A DNA stretch of 64,000 bases, taken from NCBI GenBank assembly GCA_000437355.1, contig FR899775.1:32523-96522 (forward strand). The letters are read 5' to 3'. The notes under the pieces are model-generated. The model made no database searches, was not told the origin of the DNA, and saw nothing but the letters and a program-made list of their open reading frames with translations. The position numbers and the translations under genes are program-made. This stretch comes from Firmicutes bacterium CAG:460. GTDB taxonomy: Bacteria; Bacillota_I; Bacilli_A; RF39; UBA660. This document shows positions 19,870 to 28,652 of this stretch, piece after piece (position 1 is the first letter of the stretch; the number at the start of each line of letters is the position of its first letter).

Positions 19870-20407
19870 TTCCTAAATCACTTAATATTTCAGCAAGTCG
19901 ATTATGAAAATCGTTTATTGTGCCATTATTAAATATATAATAATCAGCATAAGCTATCGGACCAGCCTTAGCTATATTTTCTATTTCTGAAACATCTCTT
20001 TTAATTGCATCACTTTTACTAAAAGGTCTAACTACCCTTTTTTCTAGTCTTTCGTAACGTAATTTTTTATCAGCAACTACTGCAATTGTAGTCATTTTAA
20101 ATTCATTATTTAATATAACAAGTTCATCCCAGGAATAAAGCCCATCTAAAACAACGTTATTATTTATAGATAATTCTTTTATTTTAGGTAGCAGTACCTT
20201 AGCATAAGCACCCATTCCTAAATCTTGACGTAATTTTTCACGCATCATTTTCTCATTGTCTGGAGTTATTTCAAGACCAATTTCTTTTAACTTGTCCATA
20301 GTAACTCCCCCAAAATAAACTTTTTTATAACCTAAATTCTCCAAATAATCACAAGCTACGGATTTTCCACTGCCACACATTCCAACAATTGCAATAATCT
20401 TACCCAT
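19853..20407 (-). CDS. P-loop nucleotide/nucleoside kinase-like protein (dephospho-CoA-kinase-like fold)
   Basis: N-terminal Walker A IAIVGMCGSGKS in a 184-aa protein. It overlaps the gatC start by 17 nt. The substrate is unknown. Confidence 0.6.
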   Translation of the reverse strand: MGKIIAIVGMCGSGKSVACDYLENLGYKKVYFGGVTMDKLKEIGLEITPDNEKMMREKLRQDLGMGAYAKVLLPKIKELSINNNVVLDGLYSWDELVILNNEFKMTTIAVVADKKLRYERLEKRVVRPFSKSDAIKRDVSEIENIAKAGPIAYADYYIFNNGTINDFHNRLAEILSDLGSDNFE

Positions 20408-20416
20408 AAAGCCCCC

Positions 20417-21793
20417 TTAAAATTCGCATGAACCTGGTGTTCTTGGATATGGAATAACATCGCGAATATTTTCAATACCTGTTAGATACATAATTAGTCT
20501 TTCAAATCCCATACCAAATCCAGAATGGATACATCCACCATATCTTCTTAAATTTACATACCATTCAATACTTTCTTCTTCTACACCTAGTTCTTTCATT
20601 CTAGCTAGTAAAACATCTAATTTTTCTTCTCTTTGAGAACCACCGATAAGTTCACCAGCTCCAGGAACTTCTAAGTCTACACCAGCAACAGTTTTACCAT
20701 CTTCATTTAATTTCATGTAGTATGCTTTAATTCCAGCTGGCCAATTTTTAACAAATACCGGAACATTAAAATGATTTGTTAACCATCTTTCGTGTTCTTT
20801 AGCTATATCTTCTTCATAACTTGGTTCAAATTCCCATTTTTCACCGCTATTTTTAAGTAAATCAATTACATCTTTGTGGTCAATTCTAACAAAAGTACTA
20901 TTTACTACTTTTTCTAATTTTTCTTTTAATCCTTTTTCTACAAATTTATCAAAGAATTCTATTTCATCTGGACATGTATCTAAAACATATTTAACAATGT
21001 ATTTTAAGAAATCTTCTTCAATATCCATTAAATCATTTATATCTGCAAAAGCAATTTCAGGTTCAATCATCCAAAATTCATTTGCATGTGTTTTAGTGTT
21101 TGAGTTTTCGCATCTAAATGTTGGTCCAAAAGTATAAATTTTACTAAATGATAAAGCAAATGTTTCCCCATGTAATTGTCCTGAACCTGTAATAAATGTC
21201 TTTTTATTAAATAAATCTTTACTAAAATCAACTTTACCATCTTTTTTAGGTAGATTATCAAAATCAAATGTTGTTACTTTAAACATTTGGTCAGAACCTT
21301 CACAATCGGCAGTTGTTAAAAGTGGTGTATGTACATAAATATAGTTTCTATCTTGAAAATATTTATGTATTGCATAAGCAGCTACACTTCTTACTCTAAA
21401 TACTGCTTGAAATGTATTAGCTCTTGGTCTAAGATAAGCTATACTTCTTAAAAATTCCATACTATGTTTTTTAGGTTGCAAAGGATAATCTTCTGGACAA
21501 TCACCTAAAAGTTCAATAGATTTTGCTTTTAATTCATAATCTTGTCCACTACCTTCAGATTTAACAAAATCCCCAACTACTTTAATACTTGAACCATTAT
21601 GTAATTTAGTTAATTCACTAAAATCTTTAAGTTCATTTGTATAAACTACTTGTAGATGTTTAAAACTTGTACCATCCGAAAAATCTATAAACCCAAACTC
21701 TTTTTGAGGTCTATGATTTCTAATCCAACCACTGACTTCTATTTCTTTATCTAAATATTTTTCACTATCTTTTTGTAATTCTTTAATTGTCAT
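20417..21793 (-). CDS. asnS: Asparagine--tRNA ligase
   Basis: Class IIb aminoacyl-tRNA synthetase with an N-terminal OB fold. The C-terminus GFGMGFERLIMYLTGIENIRDVIPYPRTPGSCEF is diagnostic for AsnRS. Confidence 0.95.
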   Translation of the reverse strand: MTIKELQKDSEKYLDKEIEVSGWIRNHRPQKEFGFIDFSDGTSFKHLQVVYTNELKDFSELTKLHNGSSIKVVGDFVKSEGSGQDYELKAKSIELLGDCPEDYPLQPKKHSMEFLRSIAYLRPRANTFQAVFRVRSVAAYAIHKYFQDRNYIYVHTPLLTTADCEGSDQMFKVTTFDFDNLPKKDGKVDFSKDLFNKKTFITGSGQLHGETFALSFSKIYTFGPTFRCENSNTKTHANEFWMIEPEIAFADINDLMDIEEDFLKYIVKYVLDTCPDEIEFFDKFVEKGLKEKLEKVVNSTFVRIDHKDVIDLLKNSGEKWEFEPSYEEDIAKEHERWLTNHFNVPVFVKNWPAGIKAYYMKLNEDGKTVAGVDLEVPGAGELIGGSQREEKLDVLLARMKELGVEEESIEWYVNLRRYGGCIHSGFGMGFERLIMYLTGIENIRDVIPYPRTPGSCEF

Positions 21794-22833
21794 TTTACTT
21801 CCCTCTTTCTTTTTAAATTACTACTTAATATTTCAATAAAATCTTCTTTTTTATAACTATCTTTAAACTGCATTTTTAAATTAATTCCTGCTAGTTTATA
21901 TTGATTAATTAAATCTTCAAAATCATTATTTTCTCCCATTAAGGAGATATTAATACTTCTACTTATATTAATTCCTAATGTATACATAGCCATTAATGCT
22001 TCTAAAAAATCATTCATATTACTTAAAATATAATTTTTTACTTTATTAAATTCGTTAGTATTTTCTTTAAAATCACTAACACTTTTCCACCAATTTAACA
22101 AAATATTTTCATTTTTTCCAATACCAAAATTTAACCATTCTTCTATATATGCACGTTCTTCAAAGCCATAAAATTCATTTTCTATATCAGCATGAGTATT
22201 ACTTAATTCTTCTTCTAAAGATAATATAAATACATTCTTCATTGCATGATATTCACTATTTAATTCTATTTTAACATTTCTAACTATAGTCATTAACTTA
22301 TCTAAATCTGCATCAACACTACCTCTTTTAAAAGAACTTCTAATACCAGCAATAATGTTTATATTTAAAAATTCCATGATAAATAAAGCATCCATTACAT
22401 CTTCACATCTATTTTTTATTAAACTTAAAAACATTTCATATTCTAAAGTATCTTTCTTAAATAAATTCATTTTATTAACAAATTTAATTAATAAATTTTC
22501 TAAATAACTATTATCTATTGCAACATTATCTTTATATTTATTAGCATTATCTCCTAAAAATAAATATCTCATTAACTCTAAATCTTCATCTGATGAAAAA
22601 TAATTAGACATATACTTATTTAGTTTTCCCTTTTTACTTGCATTTATAATATTTGTACTATCTTTTCCTAAGCAATAAAGAAATGATACAACATCCAAGG
22701 CTCTTTTACTATTTTTTAAAACATATTTAATAATACTTTTTCTTACTTCATTGTTATATGTTACTTCGTTATTGTAAAGTATCCAATTTATAACTATTTT
22801 ATTTATATAATCCATATTAACCTCTCTATACAT
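21790..22833 (-). CDS. Hypothetical protein (347 aa) with three internal repeats
   Basis: Its stop overlaps the asnS start by 4 nt. Three repeats are visible by eye: ALDVVSFLYCLGKDSTNIINASKKG, VMDALFIMEFLNINIIAGIRSSFKRG and FLEALMAMYTLGINISRSINISLMG. It ends in NLKRKREVK. Confidence 0.55.
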   Translation of the reverse strand: MYREVNMDYINKIVINWILYNNEVTYNNEVRKSIIKYVLKNSKRALDVVSFLYCLGKDSTNIINASKKGKLNKYMSNYFSSDEDLELMRYLFLGDNANKYKDNVAIDNSYLENLLIKFVNKMNLFKKDTLEYEMFLSLIKNRCEDVMDALFIMEFLNINIIAGIRSSFKRGSVDADLDKLMTIVRNVKIELNSEYHAMKNVFILSLEEELSNTHADIENEFYGFEERAYIEEWLNFGIGKNENILLNWWKSVSDFKENTNEFNKVKNYILSNMNDFLEALMAMYTLGINISRSINISLMGENNDFEDLINQYKLAGINLKMQFKDSYKKEDFIEILSSNLKRKREVK

Positions 22834-23530
22834 TACCTAATATATATTCTAAAACATCTGCTTCATCTATTTTTATTACTTCTTCAGTATAATTATCTTT
22901 TATACTAATAATTCCTTTATTTAAGTCTTCTTCATCTAATAAAATATTAAACTTACTATTTACTTTTTCATTTATAACACAATTTATATTATTAATTCTT
23001 AAATCTTGAGCTATTTTTAAAGCATGATAGCTTTCTTCTTCACTAACACCAATAACACTAACATCAATATTTACATCTAAGGCATTATCTCTGATAATAT
23101 TCATTACAGCATTAATTAAAATTTCTATATTTATTTTAACAGTTATTTCATTACTATTTTTACTACCAACACCTAAAATAGCATCTTCATACATATATGA
23201 CCAACTTAAGATATCACTATCATCATTAATGTAATATATTTCTAGCATATCAAGAATATCATTCATTTCATTATCTTTATTTATAAGTATTTCTACATTT
23301 TCTAAACCCATTCTTTTAAATAGGTTATATCCAAGACTTATTACTTCAGCATCACTTATTTTATCAAGAGAATTTTTTACATGTATTTCTATATTTTTTA
23401 AATCATTAGTATAATATTTATTAGCATTAGTTTCTCCAATAACAAACTCATAATTGTAATTATCCATATGTTGATTTAATATTTCTATTAAATAATTATA
23501 TAATCTTGCTTTCTTACCACTTAATATCAT
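22826..23530 (-). CDS. Degenerate histidyl-tRNA-synthetase-like (HisZ-like) protein
   Basis: SDAEVISLGYNLFKRMGLENVEILIN resembles the HisRS DAEVI...LGL.n..l.iN segment. The C-terminus (IDVSVIGVSEEESYHALKIAQDLRINNINCVIN...DEEDLNKGIISIKDNYTEEVIKID) resembles a class II anticodon-binding domain. At about 235 aa it is too short for a full catalytic core. ATG 23530 lies 9 nt after AAAGGA. Confidence 0.45.
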   Translation of the reverse strand: MILSGKKARLYNYLIEILNQHMDNYNYEFVIGETNANKYYTNDLKNIEIHVKNSLDKISDAEVISLGYNLFKRMGLENVEILINKDNEMNDILDMLEIYYINDDSDILSWSYMYEDAILGVGSKNSNEITVKINIEILINAVMNIIRDNALDVNIDVSVIGVSEEESYHALKIAQDLRINNINCVINEKVNSKFNILLDEEDLNKGIISIKDNYTEEVIKIDEADVLEYILGNV

Positions 23531-23713
23531 AAATATCAGTCCTTTCAATTACTCTTTATTTTACCATATTTAAAAAGGAAATAGAATACTATTTCCCAAA
23601 ATTTTACAAAAATAATGATTAAATTATTGAAATTTTAATATTTAAATAGTTTTCATAAACCAAGAGCATCAAAATAAAATAACATATCTTTTTATATTAA
23701 AAAGAAAGTATTT

Positions 23714-24436
23714 CTACTTTCCTTCATTAGTCTTAAGCCAAAGCATAAAATCATCTAATAAATCATACTCTGTATCTTTATAATTATCATATACATATTT
23801 TAAAATATCTATAACATTAGCATCTTTATTATCTAGTGTTACAACTCTAATATCTTTCGTAGCAACATATCTTCCTCTGAAAGTAGACATATTCCATGAA
23901 TCCATCATTTTGCTATCAAAATTACTATATTCACCATATATTTCTTTCATAATTAAATAATCTGTTGAATCTTCATCATGATTAAATTTTGTTTTTATTT
24001 CATCATATTCTAATCTATTATAATCACAACCATTTGATACATTTAATACCATATAACAATATTCTAGCATATCATGGTAATATTTTGTAAAAACAATATT
24101 TTTTCTATAATCATCTTTTTTATATTCTTTAGTTATAAAAGTTCTATTCCATTCATAAATTTTAGTTTTCTTTAAATTATCATCATATTTATTTTCAATA
24201 GCTTTCTTACCAAAGATTTCATTCATTCTCCATTTTAAATAGACATCATGGAACTTTAATATACCACTTACACCGGTAGAAAAATATATTCTTCTTGTTT
24301 CTTTAAGTAAAGCACTACAATCTGCTTGCTTACTTGTTAAATTGTCTTTTTCAATTCTTCCTAAATTACTTATTTGATTAAAATGGAAATATGCTCTTGA
24401 TAATTCTAAATCTTGTAAATCAACCCTTCTTAACAT
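23714..24436 (-). CDS. Hypothetical protein (240 aa)
   Basis: Long ORF 11 nt downstream of aspS. No recognisable motif. Confidence 0.5.
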   Translation of the reverse strand: MLRRVDLQDLELSRAYFHFNQISNLGRIEKDNLTSKQADCSALLKETRRIYFSTGVSGILKFHDVYLKWRMNEIFGKKAIENKYDDNLKKTKIYEWNRTFITKEYKKDDYRKNIVFTKYYHDMLEYCYMVLNVSNGCDYNRLEYDEIKTKFNHDEDSTDYLIMKEIYGEYSNFDSKMMDSWNMSTFRGRYVATKDIRVVTLDNKDANVIDILKYVYDNYKDTEYDLLDDFMLWLKTNEGK

Positions 24437-24447
24437 ATTTTTCCCTC

Positions 24448-26187
24448 TTATATATCTAGTTTAATATGAGCTTCTTTTAATTGTTCTGGGAAAGCTTCAC
24501 TAGGACAACCCATCATAGCATCAGCTCCGTTTGCACCGATTGGGAATGGTACTATTTCTCTGATATTTTCTTCATCTTTTAATAACATAATAATTCTATC
24601 AATACCAGGAGCCATACCAGCATGTGGAGGTGCTCCATATTTAAATGCTTCATATAAACTTGGGAATTTACTTCTTACAATATCTTCACCATAACCAACA
24701 AGTTCAAAGGCTTTTTTAAGTATTTCTGGAGAATGATTACGAACTCCACCAGAAGCCATTTCATAACCATTACAAACAAAGTCATATTGGAACGCTTCAA
24801 TTTCAAATGGATTTTTATTATTTAGGGCATCTAACCCACCTTTTGGCATACTAAATGGATTGTGTGAAAATTCAATTGCTCCAGTTTCTTCGTTTTCTTC
24901 ATAGAATGGAAAATCATTTATAATACAAAATTCATATCTATTTTTATCAATTAGGTCTAGCTCTTGACCTAATTTAGTACGCAGATTACCCATTATTCTT
25001 GCACATCTGTTTTTATCTGCAACAATAAATAAGGCATCATTTTCATGTAAATTCATTTTTTCAATTAATTCATTCTTTACTTCATCACTCATAAACTTAG
25101 TTAAAGATGATTTTAATTCCATACCTTCCTTTACTTGAATATAACCTAAATTACCATGAATTCCTTTTACATACTCTTCCATAGATTTATACCATGAATT
25201 AGATTTTTCAATATTTTCTACTTTAATACATCTAACAACAGTATCTTTAAATGGTGCAAAATCACTTTTACCCATTATATCAGATATATCTTCAATTATT
25301 AATGGATTTCTTAAGTCTGGTTTATCACTACCATATTTTAATATTGCATCTTTAAATTTAATTCTTCTAAAAGGTGCTGGACTTACATATTTGTCACTAA
25401 ATGTACTAAATACATCATAAAATACTTTTTCACCAACTTTATAAACATCTTCATCAGTTGCAAAACTCATTTCAAAGTCAAGTTGATAAAATTCACCATA
25501 CAATCTATCACTTCTTGGGTCTTCATCTCTAAAACATGGTGCTATTTGGAAATATTTATTAAATCCAGATACCATTAATAATTGTTTAAAGATTTGTGGT
25601 GATTGAGGAAGGGCATAAAACTTACCTGCAAATTTTCTTGATGGAATTATAAAGTCTCTAGCTCCTTCTGGACTTGTTGCTGTAATAATTGGTGTTTGCA
25701 CTTCTAAAAAGTCCATTTCTTTCATTGTTTTTCTTAAGAAATCCATAATCTTACTTCTAAATATAATATTATCATGAACTTCTTTATTTCTTAAATCTAG
25801 ATAACGATATTTAAGTCTTGTATCTTCATTAGATTCTTTAGATTTATTAATTTCAAGTGGTAAAACATTTATACAATCCCCAAGAACTTCAAGCGTCTCA
25901 AGTCTAACTTCAATTTCTCCAGTTTTCATGTTTTTGTTAACCATATCTGGCGTTCTAGCCTCAACTACCCCAGTAATTGTAACTGTTGCTTCACGATGTA
26001 AATTTTTATATTTTTCTACATCTTCAGATATTAATTGCACAATACCTGTTTCATCTCTTAGCGTAATAAATACTAAATTACCAAGATTTCTAATACTATT
26101 AACCCATCCTGCTAACCTAATATTTTTACCAATATATGAAGAATTTACTTCTCCACAATAAATATCTCTGTACATATTTTCTTTCAT
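24448..26187 (-). CDS. aspS: Aspartate--tRNA ligase
   Basis: 579-aa bacterial-type AspRS with an N-terminal OB fold, FYALPQSPQIFKQLLM, FRDEDPRSDR and GMAPGIDRIIMLL motifs. RBS GGAGGAG lies upstream. Confidence 0.95.
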   Translation of the reverse strand: MKENMYRDIYCGEVNSSYIGKNIRLAGWVNSIRNLGNLVFITLRDETGIVQLISEDVEKYKNLHREATVTITGVVEARTPDMVNKNMKTGEIEVRLETLEVLGDCINVLPLEINKSKESNEDTRLKYRYLDLRNKEVHDNIIFRSKIMDFLRKTMKEMDFLEVQTPIITATSPEGARDFIIPSRKFAGKFYALPQSPQIFKQLLMVSGFNKYFQIAPCFRDEDPRSDRLYGEFYQLDFEMSFATDEDVYKVGEKVFYDVFSTFSDKYVSPAPFRRIKFKDAILKYGSDKPDLRNPLIIEDISDIMGKSDFAPFKDTVVRCIKVENIEKSNSWYKSMEEYVKGIHGNLGYIQVKEGMELKSSLTKFMSDEVKNELIEKMNLHENDALFIVADKNRCARIMGNLRTKLGQELDLIDKNRYEFCIINDFPFYEENEETGAIEFSHNPFSMPKGGLDALNNKNPFEIEAFQYDFVCNGYEMASGGVRNHSPEILKKAFELVGYGEDIVRSKFPSLYEAFKYGAPPHAGMAPGIDRIIMLLKDEENIREIVPFPIGANGADAMMGCPSEAFPEQLKEAHIKLDI

Positions 26188-26420
26188 ATTTTTTACTCCT
26201 CCATAAATATAAAAAATTCTATAAATTAATTTAGCTTAAGGACGAGTATAACCCGCGGTGCCACCTTAATTCATAGAATTCTATGCATCTTAATTTGCTA
26301 TATCGGGCTTACCCGTTTACTTTCAAGGTACTATCTTCAATAACTTAAGTTACTAGTTTTCACCATCCACTAGTTCTCTATAAACTATCAGTTACCTACT
26401 GGTTTACCAAATAAATCATA
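26188..26420 (-). promoter_or_regulatory. T-box leader with an Asp (GAU) specifier, upstream of aspS
   Basis: On the minus strand:
- an AGAGA box (26379-26375);
- a distal hairpin ACUAG...CUAGU;
- a specifier-loop context AGUA ... GAA-GAU-A, with GAU at 26335-26333;
- the canonical T-box sequence AAUUAAGGUGGCACCGCGGG (26271-26252);
- an antiterminator-like fold AAGG[UGGCACC]GCGGG-UUAUA-CUCGU-CCUU. Confidence 0.8.
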
Positions 26421-26425
26421 ATTAA

Positions 26426-26454
26426 AATATACTACTTTTTTAATCATTTGTCTA
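26426..26454 (-). promoter_or_regulatory. Putative promoter of the T-box-aspS unit
   Basis: On the minus strand: TAGACA (26454-26449), a 17-nt spacer, then TATATT (26431-26426). Confidence 0.4.
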
Positions 26455-26460
26455 GATATT

Positions 26461-27156
26461 TTATTTATTTTTCTCACGTTTTAACTTTATATCTTCTTCT
26501 CTTTCAAAGAAACTATTATAGATTTTATCATAAAGCATTTGTTCATCTTTATATTTTCTAGCAGCAAAATCACAAATATAAGGGATTTCAATCGAAATAT
26601 CACTATATTTTGCAACAATTACATTTGCATCCTTTAAAATCGAAACAATAATTATATTTTCATAAAAATACAACAATGTTGCATCACTTGATGTTTCTTT
26701 TACGGAACAACGCTTTCCATAAAAATATGCTTGTTTTAAATATTCTGTAAACTTACGATATTTTTCATAAAATTTATAACTAGACATATAGAATGTCTCT
26801 GTTGGTTCCGTACCATTGTTGCTTTTCTTTAAATAAGATACAAAATTACCAACTATGCCATTTTTTAAAACAATTTCAGGAACCTCATCTTCAGAAACTT
26901 TAGCTGATATATATAATTCATATTTATAATCTTCATGTATTTCGTCTTTACCTATAAATGTTAAACTTCCAAGAGTCCCTAAAACCTTTTCATCTTCAGT
27001 ACCCAATTGAACAGCTTTTAATATAACCATAGCTTTATTAAATGTTTGCAAGGCATTATTAATTTCTTCTAAATCGGTTGATTGCAATTCCATCAATCTA
27101 TTTTTTAGTTTATCTACCAACATTTTATAAATGTCTCTGTACATATTTTCCTTCAT
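26461..27156 (-). CDS. Hypothetical protein (231 aa), a paralog of the C-terminal half of the J-domain protein with an aspS-derived N-terminus
   Basis: AVQLGTEDEKVLGTLGSLTF...IVLKNGIVGNFVSYLKK matches AVQFGTEDEKVLGILGNLAF...IVLKKGEVGNFVSFLKK in the 481-aa protein. Its first 10 codons (MKENMYRDIY) match those of aspS at 28 of 30 nt. Confidence 0.65.
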   Translation of the reverse strand: MKENMYRDIYKMLVDKLKNRLMELQSTDLEEINNALQTFNKAMVILKAVQLGTEDEKVLGTLGSLTFIGKDEIHEDYKYELYISAKVSEDEVPEIVLKNGIVGNFVSYLKKSNNGTEPTETFYMSSYKFYEKYRKFTEYLKQAYFYGKRCSVKETSSDATLLYFYENIIIVSILKDANVIVAKYSDISIEIPYICDFAARKYKDEQMLYDKIYNSFFEREEDIKLKREKNK

Positions 27157-27192
27157 TTTCTCTCTTCTTTCTTTGTTTTTTGTCTAGATATT

Positions 27193-28638
27193 TTATTTAT
27201 TCTTTTCTCTTTTTAATATATTATTTTCATTATTTTTAAACTTTATTTCTTTTTTGCTATTAAAGAAACTATTATAAATTCTATCATATAACGCTTGCTT
27301 ATCTTTATATGTTCTACTAGCAGTATCCGTTGCATGAGTATTTAATGAATGGAATTCATTAAAACTCACTAGTAATATTTTATCATTTTCTGTTAAAAGA
27401 ATATAACAACCAGTATTTTCATAATAATATAATGCTGTAGTTATAAATTTTGTATTTAAATATTGAATATAACCTTTATCACCTAAGAAATTCAAATCTT
27501 TTAAAACATCTTTAAAATTATTATATTTTTTATAAAACCCTTCTTTAGTCATAAAAACTTCTTCTGCCATGCCAGATGGGAACTTCTTTAAAAAAGATAC
27601 AAAATTTCCTACTTCACCCTTTTTCAAAACAATCTCAGTTTCTTCATTATCAGAAAAATTGGCTGTAATATATAATTCATATTCACTTTCTTTAAGCTCA
27701 TCATCATTTGTAAAAGCTAAATTACCAAGAATACCTAAAACTTTTTCATCTTCAGTACCAAATTGAACGGCTTTTAATTTAGTCATAGCTCTATTAAATA
27801 CATTCATAGCGATATCAATATCTTCTGTATCTGTTGGTTTTAACTTCATCATTCTTTTGTTAAAGTTGTTCATTATTGCTTTATAAGTATCCCACATTTT
27901 ATTATTTAATTCTTCATCTTTTAAAATTCTTGTCTTTATTTCAGCTTGTAATTTATATATACCATCATCTAATGTAATTTTTTTATCAATAATTTCTTTA
28001 ATTATTATTTCTTTTACATCAAAAATCTCTTCTAATATTTTACTATTAACATTTTTATCTTTAAACATAGATAATATAATTTGATTTAAGCTTTTATCAA
28101 TTTTTTCATATTTTCTTCTAATTTCATTTACTTCTTTTACATAATCATCAAAAGAACAATCATCATTAATTGGTTCAAAGTTGCTTATCCAAAATTCAGG
28201 TACATTTTTTAATATTTCATTTCTATAACTTTCAAATAAATCTTTTATAGCACCATTAGTAATATAATATTTAAAATCTATTAGTTCTATTAGTTGTATT
28301 GTTTTTTCTAAAGTAAAAGTTTTAATGACATTATCAATTGCATTTGCATATTTAAATTCTAATGTATCAGGCAAATAAACTGTTTTACTAGTATAAAATT
28401 TTAATTTCTCCTTTAAGTCATTATACTTCTTCATGAGTTCATCATTAACAGTACTTTTACTTGACACTTTATGACTTTTTAATACTTCATATGCAGAATT
28501 AATCTTCTTCATCATCTCTTCATCCCCATTTAAATCCGGATGATATTTTTTAGATAATTTCAAAAATCTTTTCTTTAATTCTTCTTTTGTAAAATTACCT
28601 GTAAATCCAAATAACTTTAATGCTTCATTATAATTCAC
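27193..28638 (-). CDS. J-domain protein with a long uncharacterised C-terminal region (481 aa)
   Basis: The N-terminus NYNEALKLFGF...ELKKRFLKLSKKYHPDLNGDEEMMKKINSAYEVLKS is a J domain with the HPD motif. There is no G/F or zinc-finger region. The start is GTG, 7 nt after GGAGGA. Confidence 0.8.
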   Translation of the reverse strand: MNYNEALKLFGFTGNFTKEELKKRFLKLSKKYHPDLNGDEEMMKKINSAYEVLKSHKVSSKSTVNDELMKKYNDLKEKLKFYTSKTVYLPDTLEFKYANAIDNVIKTFTLEKTIQLIELIDFKYYITNGAIKDLFESYRNEILKNVPEFWISNFEPINDDCSFDDYVKEVNEIRRKYEKIDKSLNQIILSMFKDKNVNSKILEEIFDVKEIIIKEIIDKKITLDDGIYKLQAEIKTRILKDEELNNKMWDTYKAIMNNFNKRMMKLKPTDTEDIDIAMNVFNRAMTKLKAVQFGTEDEKVLGILGNLAFTNDDELKESEYELYITANFSDNEETEIVLKKGEVGNFVSFLKKFPSGMAEEVFMTKEGFYKKYNNFKDVLKDLNFLGDKGYIQYLNTKFITTALYYYENTGCYILLTENDKILLVSFNEFHSLNTHATDTASRTYKDKQALYDRIYNSFFNSKKEIKFKNNENNILKREKNK

Positions 28639-28652
28639 GATTTATCCTCCAT

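Noticed and set aside
16690-21793. Apparent redundancy of having asnS together with gatCAB and aspS.
   Set aside because: This combination is common in Firmicutes. GatCAB is still needed for Gln-tRNA(Gln) when GlnRS is absent, so it is not anomalous without whole-genome context.
23577-23596. A perfect 8-bp palindromic hairpin (GGAAATAG-aata-CTATTTCC) between the 240-aa gene and the HisRS-like gene, considered as an attenuator.
   Set aside because: It is probably just a weak terminator or operon boundary. It is short, has no associated conserved leader features, and a TGgTAAAAT -10 follows it.
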